Below, in pieces: positions 1 to 9,835 of a stretch of 20,000 nucleotides of DNA. Positions within the stretch are counted from its first letter, which is position 1. Each line of letters begins with the position of its first letter. The translations under genes and the position numbers were made by a program. The notes under the pieces were generated by a model. That model saw nothing but the letters and a program-made list of their open reading frames with translations, was not told the DNA's origin and did no database searches. The stretch comes from Rhizaria sp. SCN 62-66 (Eukaryota), in the NCBI GenBank assembly GCA_001724265.1, contig MEDY01000114.1, positions 53,836 to 73,835 of the forward strand, in the 5' to 3' direction.

Positions 1-410
1 AAAAGGCAATACACTTTCGTATTTCATGCTGAATAAAGCTGAATGTTAGTTGCTGTGGTACAAATGGTGTATTATTTATGTTTTTGAAAAGCAGCGTGAC
101 ACTCACTCCTGCTACTAATAAAACAGCATTGGGTAATGCATGTCGGCACAGCATCAATAGTGTTCAATGATCATTTGCAAACGGACAAAAGAAACTACTG
201 AGTCTTGAGACGTGACCATCCAAGTCAATACTTGACTGTCCTTTGAAAGAAAACAACAGGGCAATGTGAAGTGAAATCAGCATAAACAACTACTAAAAAA
301 AACAATATTTCTAGAAAACGTCTTGAAAGCGACGGAGTGGACAAAATCAAGTAAGATGTGTAAACAAAGGAAACGCGAACGCTTGAGTTCAGCGGCGTCG
401 GCGTCTCGCT

Positions 411-1217
411 TTACCGGGACTGCTTGAACTCGCGGCGCGCGTAGTGGGTGAACATGCTGCCGGCAGGCTTGACGAGCTGCGCTGGGTAGGGGTCGTTGAC
501 GAGCGGCGCCGTGCGCGCGGCGTCGAAGCGCGTGGCACCGCGGTTCACGACGGGCGAATGCGAAACAAGCGCGGGCGTCTGGGGGCGGAAGTCGGTCGCG
601 TCGGCCAGCACCTCGGGGCCCAGATACTGCCCGTTCGAGTGCGACTTGTACTCGCGAAAGCGCTGCGTGCTGCCCGTTGGCGGCGCGACCGTGGGCGGCA
701 CGATGCGCACGGTGAAGGGCGCGGGCTTGCCGCCCTCGGTCGACGGCGACTGATGGTATGCCCACGGCGCGCGGCCGGAGGACCAGGTCGCCTCGGAGTG
801 GCGGGTAATCGTATTCTGGTGCAGGTTCGGGAAGCGGTAGTTGAGCCCCGGGACGCCGCGGTAAGAGTTGTAGTCGGGCACGGAGTAGTCGGGGCCGGGC
901 TTGGTGTAGTACTGCTCGACGAACTGGTCGCGGCGCGCGGGGCGGCTCCACGACGCGGACGCAGGCAGCGCAGCGGCGGAGCCCGACGCGGACATCGCGG
1001 CGGGCGCCAACGCGCTCGCCGCGGCGGGCGCGGGCACGCCGTGCGACGCGTAGTACGCGTTCAGAGACTGGGTCGCGAAGGCGTTGTTGGCGGGGGCGGT
1101 GCTGGGCCGCGCGCCGGCGGTGGCCGAGAACGAGGACGAAGACGACGTCGCAGAGCGCTGGGTGGAGGCGAACTGCTGCGTGGCCACAAAGGGCGCAGCA
1201 ACGGCGTAGGCTGACAT
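411..1217 (-). CDS. Hypothetical protein, 268 aa (MSAYAVAAPF...REFKQSR), Ala/Ser-rich N-terminus and Tyr/Pro/Gly-rich remainder
   Basis: GC-rich frame with C/G-ending codons and sharp compositional edges. ATG at 1217 (context CAG CACA ATG), TAA at 413-411. The ORF-track extension to 1280 is a pyrimidine tract. No family recognised. Confidence 0.7.
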   Translation of the reverse strand: MSAYAVAAPFVATQQFASTQRSATSSSSSFSATAGARPSTAPANNAFATQSLNAYYASHGVPAPAAASALAPAAMSASGSAAALPASASWSRPARRDQFVEQYYTKPGPDYSVPDYNSYRGVPGLNYRFPNLHQNTITRHSEATWSSGRAPWAYHQSPSTEGGKPAPFTVRIVPPTVAPPTGSTQRFREYKSHSNGQYLGPEVLADATDFRPQTPALVSHSPVVNRGATRFDAARTAPLVNDPYPAQLVKPAGSMFTHYARREFKQSR

Positions 1218-2014
1218 TGTGCTGTGAGTCGGAATACGGCAGAGAGAGTGGAAAATGTGGGGCGAAAAGGGAAAGATCACATGGTGAGGAGTGAGAGGGA
1301 TACGGTTGTGAGATATGCATACTGAGCAGGTATTAACATGTTAATAAATGAGACAAGTGTAAAAAAGACTTAATTGTGCGCTGAATACAGCACAACACTT
1401 CCATCCACGGTCGTTACACAGCAAGAACGAAGGAAACAATATGGGTGCGTTTCAGCAGTTTCGTCTTGATTGCTGTAGGGTGTCTCAGGTCGATCACTTT
1501 TTGGTCACTCTTCGGTCTCTGGTCCGATATGACCGTGAGCAGGGTTTTGGCCCAGCAAAATTAAGCCGCACTTGTCTGCGAGCATTTTTTCTCAGGAGGC
1601 TTTTGTGTGGTGTGCAATAGGGTAATACGATCATGAATATCTTTTATATTTTGTCGAGTGTTATGTCTATATTGCCATCTGCGTCCCACGTTGAGCAGAC
1701 CTTTGTAGACGCCGCTGCAGCCTTAAACAGTCGCGCCCAGGTGGTTCGGTAGCCAACTCACCTGGTCACACTTTGAGTGCATCCACGGCCCTGCTGTTGC
1801 AAGTGTTAACAATTTAGCCAACGTTCATCGATGGCTTGTTGGTTATTCTATGCGCCTGTATTGGTCCTGCTTCAAACACATTTACCTGCGATCTGTGGCC
1901 GCTTGCAATAGCCGCTCCCCCAACAACGTGCCAAGCAATCACCTTTCCCTTTGCTTATTATCTCTTCCTACTCGCTTTACTGTCTCATTCTGCTGTTGTG
2001 TTGCTGCTGCGTAG

Positions 2015-2737
2015 ATGCTTGCTCGTACCCTCAAGCGCGTCTCCACCGCTGTCCCCGCGGTGTCGTCCGTCGCTGCGCGCACCTTCGCCTCCGGCGGCCA
2101 CCCTTCGATCAAGACCAACTACGCTGACCCCAAGCTCCAGGACTACTACGCGCAGACCGCGAAGCTCGGCGGTGTTGACCAGTACAACACCACTGACGGC
2201 CTTCTCGAGAAGAACATGCTCGACTCGTCCTACCCCGACACCCGCCCCATGCACTACATCGCCCTGAACTCCACCAAGGCCATGTACGCCGGCCTCGCCC
2301 GCGCCGGTGTGTGCAAGCTCGTCGCCCAGATGTCCGCCTCGGCCGACGTCCTCGCGCTCGCCTCGATCGAGGTCAACATCTCCGGCTTTGCCGAGGGCAC
2401 TAACACCACGGTCAAGTGGCGCGGCAAGCCCATCTTCATCAAGCACCGCACTCCCGCCGAGATCGCGCGCGCTAAGGAGGACGACAAGGCCGTGCTCCGC
2501 GACCAGGAGGCCGACTCTGCCCGCGTCGTCGACGACAAGTGGCTCATCGTCATCGGCATCTGCACCCACCTCGGCTGCGTCCCCATCCCCGGCGCCGGCG
2601 AGTACCCCGGTGGCTTCTTCTGCCCCTGCCACGGCTCCCACTACGACTCCTCGGGCCGCATCCGCAAGGGCCCCGCCCCGCTCAACCTCGAGGTCCCCGC
2701 CTACAAGATGAACGGCGACATGCTCACTATCGGCTAA
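2015..2737 (+). CDS. RIP1: Mitochondrial cytochrome bc1 complex Rieske iron-sulfur subunit, 240 aa, single coding exon
   Basis: Rieske boxes CTHLGC (2561-2578) and CPCHGS (2621-2638), [11 protein letters not shown] hinge, [14 protein letters not shown] and [15 protein letters not shown]. Arg/Ser/Ala-rich, acid-free N-terminus typical of a mitochondrial presequence. Confidence 0.98.
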   Translation: MLARTLKRVSTAVPAVSSVAARTFASGGHPSIKTNYADPKLQDYYAQTAKLGGVDQYNTTDGLLEKNMLDSSYPDTRPMHYIALNSTKAMYAGLARAGVCKLVAQMSASADVLALASIEVNISGFAEGTNTTVKWRGKPIFIKHRTPAEIARAKEDDKAVLRDQEADSARVVDDKWLIVIGICTHLGCVPIPGAGEYPGGFFCPCHGSHYDSSGRIRKGPAPLNLEVPAYKMNGDMLTIG

Positions 2738-3719
2738 GCAGTGTGCGACTTGCGGACATGCGCCGCAGTACAGCAAGCATGATAGCGCAGCTCAGCAGAC
2801 GACTACTTCAGTCCGTATGGCTGATGCTGTGTCAAGGGGATTGGGGAGCAACAAACGCGCGAGCGCAGTCTTTCTCGAAAATCAGCGACAGAAAGCTTGT
2901 GTTTGCGTGTCTGTTGCAAACACTTGAATGACGACGATGACGACGACCCTGTAGCGCCTAAAGCTGCGGAGGTGGACGGAAAGAGTCATATTTAAACAGT
3001 ACGTGCGTATACAATATGTATGTCTACGCATGTACTGTCACCATTCTCGCGACGAAATCACGACGCGCAACGAAACAACACTCAACACAACGCAAACGCA
3101 CCACGACACAGACCTATCGAAGCACACAGTCACTTAATTTGTTTTTCCCTTCCCCTCGTCGGTCGGTCGGTGCCCATCACGGGCACAGCTGCTCAATCGC
3201 GCCCGCCGCGCGCCCGCCCCGTTTGGGCGCGCGCGGCCTGGCCCGGCACGGCGGCCACGCTGCTCTGTGGCGGCGCCGACTGCGCTCGGCGCTGCCGGGG
3301 CTGCGACTGTGTCCCGCTCTCTGTGGCGCTGTGTGTTGTTGTGCACATGTGTGTGACAATGAATGTTGTTGTCGGCGTGGGAATGGCAACTAAAACAGTA
3401 TAACAACAAAAACACAATAATATTCAATAAATATTCTTTCTTTTTATCAACACTAACGTCTCAATACCGTTAATATCAACCGCTTGCATCTTATGTCTGC
3501 CTCCCTTGTTTTCAAATTCTGCAATTTGTGTAGTCAATGTTCTGTAATGACATGTATTGATTGATTAAATAGAAGCATATAATATTATATTTTGATATGT
3601 TTTCTTGTTTGTGGAATATCTTTTAACCTCCAACCTCAGCCACATTCTAAATAGATGGCGTTCCTAACACGTTCTAACCGGTTGGTTGATACTTAAACTA
3701 CTCGACTGTGCTGAGATGC

Positions 3720-4587
3720 TTACGCGGTCTCGTCGGCAGCCTTGACACGCGGAGCGGTGAGCGTGGCGCGCAGCTCGGCGGCGAAGAGCTCGGGCAGCGA
3801 CGCAACGAGCGCGTCCTGGTCCTTGATGTCGCCGGGGGGCAGCGCAACGGTGCCCTTCTTGGTGAGGGTGAGCAGCGTGCGCACGGGCGGCGCCAGGGCG
3901 GGCATCTCGGGCGTGGGGAACTGCTCCGCGGCCTCCTTGCCCTGCGCAGTAGCGATGAGCTTGGCGTAGATCTCGCTCGAGTCGAGCTTGGCAGTGTGCA
4001 GGACGGCGTTGGTGCCATCCGAGAAGATGGCGTTGATGCTCGACACGGCGTCGGGCGTCGACGTGCGCGTGACCTCGAACTCGGCAGTGGGGTTGTAGTA
4101 CTTGAACGACGGGAGACGGTTGCTTGTGAAGTGGCTGTGTGCCAGTGACGGGATGGAAGGAGAGCAAGGGAAGAGAATGCAGAATGCGATGTGGTGATGG
4201 GGTGAGAGGATGGTTTGTGCAAGTGGCGTAGAAGCGGGAGATGAAGCATGATGACAGCAAGAGTTTAAAAATCGGTAGAGAACATCGCACGGTTCAACAG
4301 CATAGTGCATGCATCGCGCTTCGTTGCTTGGCGAAGCTCACAGCGCTGGCGAGCGAGAGTAAAGGGAAGAGAGCGTACCGGAGGCCAGCGTGGTCCATGC
4401 CGTGCTTGGTGGTGGTGTTGATCTCGAACTTGATGACCTTGGGACAAATGGGCTCGAACATCTTCATGTGGGCAATGGTCAGGCCGCGGGACGCATTGAG
4501 GTTGAGCACGTTGCAGGGGTTACCGCGGACCTTGGCGACCTTCTTGGCGGCCACCTTGCCGGACTTCTTGATCACCTTGGCGGACAT
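3720..4587 (-). CDS. Probable mitochondrial ribosomal protein of the L51/S25/CI-B8 fold (mL61/Mrp49- or mS25-like), 207 aa, 2 exons
   Basis: Exons 4587-4379 and 4134-3720 join in phase 2 (CG|C) across a GTACGC...CACAG intron. The join gives HGMDHAGLRHFTSNRLPSFKYYNP, resembling the H-x-G-A-R-x-F...LP...Y-x-NP motif of Mrp49/MRPS25 (from memory). Lys-rich N-terminus; TAA stop. Confidence 0.7.
4135..4378 (-). other. Spliceosomal intron, 244 nt
   Basis: GTACGC donor at 4378, pyrimidine-rich 3' end, CAG acceptor at 4137-4135. Removal restores a conserved motif in frame. Confidence 0.85.
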
Positions 4588-5273
4588 GGTTCTCGACAGG
4601 GAAGAACGAGTAGTGTGTGCGTGTGCGCGGAAAGCGGGCTGGAAGGAGTGAACAGTGCAAGGCTGCGGGGGAAACGCGCGCAGACCAGACTAAAGGGTGG
4701 TAGGGGGGCGGAAGCGGCGACTGTAGCGAGAGTATGTGACACGGTGCGAGGGGGGCGAATTTAAGTAGGCAAAGGTCGGGGGTGAACGAACGAAGCGCAA
4801 CAAATGAAAAATAATAAGATAGAATACCACAATTTGATTATGGACTTAGAGTTTAAAGTCCTAAACACTGAGTGTGTGTCGAGATATTCCCGCTGCAAGT
4901 TGCCGCTATTTTCCCTCTGTCTCTGGCCTGCTTGACTGCTGTCGTCGGTGACTGTGTCCGGCTTTATTTTCGGCCCACCACAAAAGCAAATTTGACCAGC
5001 CCTCTTGGCTGGCCAACGGTTAGAAGAAGGGTTTGACTGGGAGGTGCAAAAGACGATTCGCCCTAGAGTATAATCACCGTTAATGAGAATAAGAGCGTGC
5101 GCATATGAATTATATGAGTGTTTTAGTTGTGTTATTTCAAATCAATTTCTATCGCGTCTCACCTTGCCCCTTGTGCGCTCCATGTCCGTTTCTCCCACAG
5201 CCGCTCGCGTTCTTTACTCTCAGTTCCACCGTTTCGCTCCCAGCTCGACCCCGCGACACTCTGCGCCGCCGCG

Positions 5274-5849
5274 ATGAGCTACCCGCACACGCAGCCGAGC
5301 CTTGCGTCGGCGATGAACACGTCTACCTCGTTTGAGCTGGACCCCAGCAACCGCGTGCGCTTCGCCCCCACGGACCAGGTCTACCCCATCCCGTCCGCGC
5401 TCAACGCCTCCTCCGTCAGCAACTCCAGCTTCAGCGGTGGCGGCGGCGGCGCGTACGGGGTAAACGCGAGTTACGGCGCCGCTGCGCTTCCCGTGCCGAC
5501 CGGCGCGCTTGCTCAGCAGCAGCAGCAGCCACAGGGCTACTACCCCGCCCCGCGTCCCCCGCTCCCTCTGTCCAACTCTGCGGCGACCGCGGGTATGCCG
5601 CCGGCGCTGACGCGGCCGCAGACTGGGCTGCTGCCGGTGCCCATCGGCATCATGGCGGCACCCTTTGCGCTCCCGGGCGCGGGACCGGTCCCCAACCCCG
5701 CCAAGGCGCCCCTGGCCTCGACCACGTACAACGCCAACGCAAACGCCAACTACAACAACTACAACATGCAGCCGCAGCCTCAGCCTCAGGCGCAGTATTA
5801 CTACAACCAGGCGCAGCCGCAGTATCCGCAGCAACAGCAGTATCCGTAG
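5274..5849 (+). CDS. Pro/Gln/Ala/Tyr-rich 191-aa ORF, in frame with and probably the N-terminal part of the downstream NPHP4-like gene
   Basis: ATG 5274 to TAG 5847-5849 with coding-like codon usage. The same frame stays open from 5850 to 11180. Confidence 0.55.
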   Translation: MSYPHTQPSLASAMNTSTSFELDPSNRVRFAPTDQVYPIPSALNASSVSNSSFSGGGGGAYGVNASYGAAALPVPTGALAQQQQQPQGYYPAPRPPLPLSNSAATAGMPPALTRPQTGLLPVPIGIMAAPFALPGAGPVPNPAKAPLASTTYNANANANYNNYNMQPQPQPQAQYYYNQAQPQYPQQQQYP

Positions 5850-5921
5850 CACCAGCAGCCGCAGCTGCTGCCCCAGCCCTCCGTCCCCGCGCCCCCCTCT
5901 GGCGGCAGTGGGGTGGTTGTC

Positions 5922-8900
5922 ATGGGGGGGCGCCTCGTGCGAGTGCCGGTGCCCGCAGGGGCAGTGGCGCTGCAGCAACAGCAGCAGCAGCAGCAGCAAC
6001 AGGCGATGGCTCAACAGCAAATGATGTGGCAACAGCAGCAGCAGCAACAACAACAACAACAACAGCTTCAACAACAGCAGCTGCAGCAGCAGCAGCAGCA
6101 GCAGCAGCAGTACTTACAGAATGTAAGTGACGTGTCTTTCATCGCCCCCGCCCCGGCCTCCGCGCCATGGGAGGCCGACGCCGCCGCGCCCAACGCCTTT
6201 GCTGACTCAGCCGCCGCCGCGGCTCACGGTCACTCTGCTGCAAAGCAGCAGGCGCACTACGTGGGGCCGGACGGGGCAGCGCTGTATAACGACAACAACC
6301 ACGGCAACACTAGCAGCGGAAACGACCCCGAGAATGAACCCACCGCCGGCGCCACCCGCGCCGTCTCCCTCTTCTCCAAACCTCAGGCGCAGTCGCACGC
6401 TCCGTCGAAACCGCCACCGCCGCCCGCATCCCGGACGGGCAACCCGTTCCACTCGCTGCACCAGGCGCTGCGCCCCGCGCTCACCGCGGTCGCGCCGATG
6501 CGGCTGCCGGCCGCGGCTATGGCGTTTCTGCGCCGCGCAGCCGCGCGCGCATTGCTGCCCGCGCCTTCCTTCGCCGCCGACGCCGCTACTATGGGCGGGG
6601 CGGGGGCCGCGGGCGCGCTCACGCCCTACTACCTGCACATTGACGCTGTGACCGGGCTGCGGCTCTTCAGCGCGATGCTCCGCGCCTCAGCCGCCACGGC
6701 AGCGACCAACTCCACTGCCGCGGGCGGCGCCGGCGCCACCGCCGCTGCGGCCGCGGCGGCGGGGGCGCTGCGGGGCACCCTTAAGCCGGAGTTTCTGTAC
6801 TGGCGGCTTAACTTGTCGCTCTACTCACAACGGCACCGCACCTTTTTCGGGCGCACCTGGGAGAGCGACGAGTACTGCGTCGCCACTTACCCAGAGGTGC
6901 TTACATCCCCGTCCCACACTGCAAGCCCTTACCCTGCGGTTGGCGGCCAGTTCGGCGCGGATGTAGGTACCCCCGGCGGCGATGTAAGCGCCCCGCCGCA
7001 CACGGCGCGCCTCCCGCCGATCGGCGTCTACTACTACAGCGACATCCACTCGTCGCAGTGCTTCGCCGTCGCCGAGGTCGTGCTCACGGTCCGCCTCCCC
7101 GGCGCTGCCCCCGCCAGCGTCGCGCTGGGCTGGGCCCCGCTGGCCGCCTTCGCACCCGTCGGCGGGCACGCCGGCGCCGGCCCCGCCACCGCGCTCCCGG
7201 GCGGCGCGCAGGCGGGCGGCTTCCCTTCAATGAGCGCCGGCGCTGGCGCTGAGGACCCCAACGCGAGCGCGCTGCTCGCCAACGCCGCGGGGGGCGCCGG
7301 GGGCGCGTTCGTGGGGTTCGGCGCGCTGCCTGACGTCGCTGACCACCTAGACACGATCTCTTACGCCGGCAACCGCGCCGCCGCCGCCTTCTCGGCCCTC
7401 AGCAGCAACGGCAACGCGAACGCGAGCCTGGACATGTCTTTCAACACCGGCGCGGCCGCGGGCGGTGGCGGCTTGGCTTCCGCGCCGCCGCGCATGACGA
7501 CTGTGCCCCTGTACCGCGGCTCTCCTCGCGCGTTGCTCTTCGCGCACAACCCGGTCCCGCGCGCGCTCAACTCGGGCGGCGGCGCGAACTTGGGCAGCTC
7601 CGCTCACCCCGTCGACGCCTACGGCAACCCCCTCCCGGGCGCCGGCGAGGTCATCGCCCTCAACAGCAACGGCGGCGGCGCGGCGCAGTCCGGCGCCGGC
7701 GGGGTGACTCTGGCGCAGCACGCGTCGTGGGACACGACGTTCCTGCACGCGCACGACATGCGGCTCAGCTTCCGCGTCTTCCGCTGCTCGGCGCTGCTGC
7801 GGGTTGCCCATCTGTTTCGGCCCAACGAGTTTGTCGCCGCCGACGGCTCCGCGCGGCTCGCGGGCCTGCCCCCCGTGCTCCAGCTCCACGCCCCCGCCCC
7901 CGCCCATAGCACTGAGGCGGGGGACGCCACCGCCGCCGCGTCTGCGCTGTCGCTGCTGCCTGGTGTGCTGCCGCCGCCGACGCACCTGGCGGCATTCGCG
8001 CGCGCCGTGCCGCTCACCCACCTGCGCGTGCGCGCGCCGCGGCTGGCGCTGCCGGCGCAGCTCGAGCCGCGGCTGCTGGCGGTGCTGCACCACCACCGCG
8101 CGCTGTTCGTCACCGCGCCCTCTGCGCGCGAGCGGCCCGTCGTCGTGGCGCGCGCGCTGCGCCTGGGGCTGCACAACGGCCGCCGCTTCGTGCACCTCCC
8201 CGCGCGCCTCCCGCTGACCGTGGCCGCGGCCAGCAGCGGCGACGTCGCGGGCACCGGCGCAGCCGCCTGGGACCCCGTGACCGTGAGCGCCGCGCGCAGC
8301 CGCGGAGACATCACGGCCCGCGGTAACGGACAGCAACAGGGACGGCTTAACTTCGAGAGCGAGCTCGCCAACGCGAATAACAACTTCAACAGCGGCGGCA
8401 GCGGCGGCATGGCGACTGCGCGCGGTCTGCGCGGCCCCGGCTCCGGCCTCGACAACCTCGCCGCTCTCGCGAGCGCTGCCGGCGCTAGCGCGGCCGGCGC
8501 CGCTGGTGCAGGCGCTGGCGCACTGCCAGTGGAGGACGGCGGCGTGGTCGCCGCTGCCGGCGCGTCCACATCGTTCCCTGCCTCGTACACCAATAGCGGG
8601 AACAGCAGCAATGGCGGGGGCGGCAGCATGGCGGACGGCAACTATTACGCCGACTCGCCCGCGCTCGACTTCAACACCGGCACGAACAATCCCTTGAATG
8701 GCCACGCTGTGACCGCGGCGGGCGGCGGGTTCACGGTGCTGCAGTGCGAGGGCGTCAACGCCGTGGTCGAGGGCGTGCGCTGCTCGCTGGCCGAGCCCGA
8801 GGCCGTGGCGCTCGTCGCCGAGCTTCAGTACGACGTCGCCTGGGTCGCCGAGGCCGCCGAGGTGAGCACTTACACGTCAAAGTACGGCGGCGCCGCGGGC

Positions 8901-9803
8901 GGCGCGGGCAACTCCAACGCGCTCATGGCCGCGGCGGCCGCGGGCGGGGCCTTAGGTGCCAGCGCCGCTCTGGCCGGCGGCGGCGGCGGCGGCGGCGAGG
9001 GCGAGACCGCGGGGGGCTACCCGGTAACGACCATCACGATCGCCTGGGGCATCCAGCTCATCACCACGCGCAACATGAATGCCAACACCAACCCTGGCTC
9101 TGGCGCGAGCTCTGGCGCTAGTTCTGGCGGTGTCAAGACGGGAGCCGGCCCGGTGTGCGTGGCGCTGCCGCTGGACGACTCTGTGGTCGACATCCCACTG
9201 CACCGCGGGCCCTGCCGCTCGCTGTCGGGCGCGCGCACCTACGGCTACTCGACGCTGTTCGAGGCGCTGCACCCGCTCGTCCGCCGCGGCGTTGTGCTGC
9301 GCGCAGCGTTTCAGTCGCCCGCGCACGCCGCCATCGCCGCCGCCGCCGCCGGGGAGCTGCCCGCGCCCGCGGCCGGCGCCGCTGCGACGCGTGACAGCGG
9401 CGATGGCGGCGACGGGGTGCCTGTGGGCAGCGAGGGTGCGTGGCAGGGCGCCGACGCCGACGGGCAGTACCGTGGCATTGCCGCGCTGCGCAAGCCCAAC
9501 AGCGCGGGCGACGACAACAACAACAACAACAACAAGAACAGCACTGTTGACAGTGCTCGGGCCAGTGGCAGTACTGGCGGTGTGTTGAAGGCTGCCGAGG
9601 TCGAGGTGGGCGCTGCGGCCGCGGCCGCACGCGCTCAGGCCGTTAGCGCTGCCCACGGCCACGGGTTGCAAATCGCGCTTGGCCCCGCCGCCGCGGCCGG
9701 GAACGGCGGCACGGTCACGCACGCGGCGAATAACAACGCTGCGAACGCGCTCGGGGCCAAGAGTGTCACGAAGACGCAGCGGCGCCGTCAACCGCAGGCA
9801 CAG

Positions 9804-9835
<32 letters not shown>

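Noticed and set aside
1737-1765. Small inverted repeats in intergenic DNA (CCAGGTG...CACCTGG; also GGACTT...AAGTCC near 4842 and CCAGCC/GGCTGG near 4996)
   Set aside because: Stems of 6-7 bp are expected by chance, share no sequence and are not associated with a transposase or target duplication.
2015-2737. Rieske protein as an SdmA-like Rieske sterol C4 oxygenase belonging to the sterol cluster
   Set aside because: It has the complete bc1 ISP signature and a mitochondrial presequence, lacks an oxygenase catalytic domain and lies about 9 kb away.
1985-2776. 263-aa antisense ORF over the Rieske gene (likewise 444-1214, 12383-13132, 14795-15433, 16229-16894, 7347-8705, 8952-10277)
   Set aside because: Shadow ORFs expected from strong GC3 codon bias. 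They mirror real genes and have no recognisable motifs.
2924-2995. Acidic peptide-like stretch LNDDDDDDPVAPKAAEVDGKSHI in the Rieske frame, suggesting readthrough
   Set aside because: Further stops (TGA, TAG) lie between the Rieske TAA and this stretch. It is a short GAC/GAT microsatellite.
5822-5908. A small intron removing the in-frame TAG
   Set aside because: GTATCC...CCGTAG (28 nt) would shift the frame. GTAGCA...GGCAG (63 nt) keeps frame but has a poor donor and GC-rich coding-like content, unlike the six real introns.
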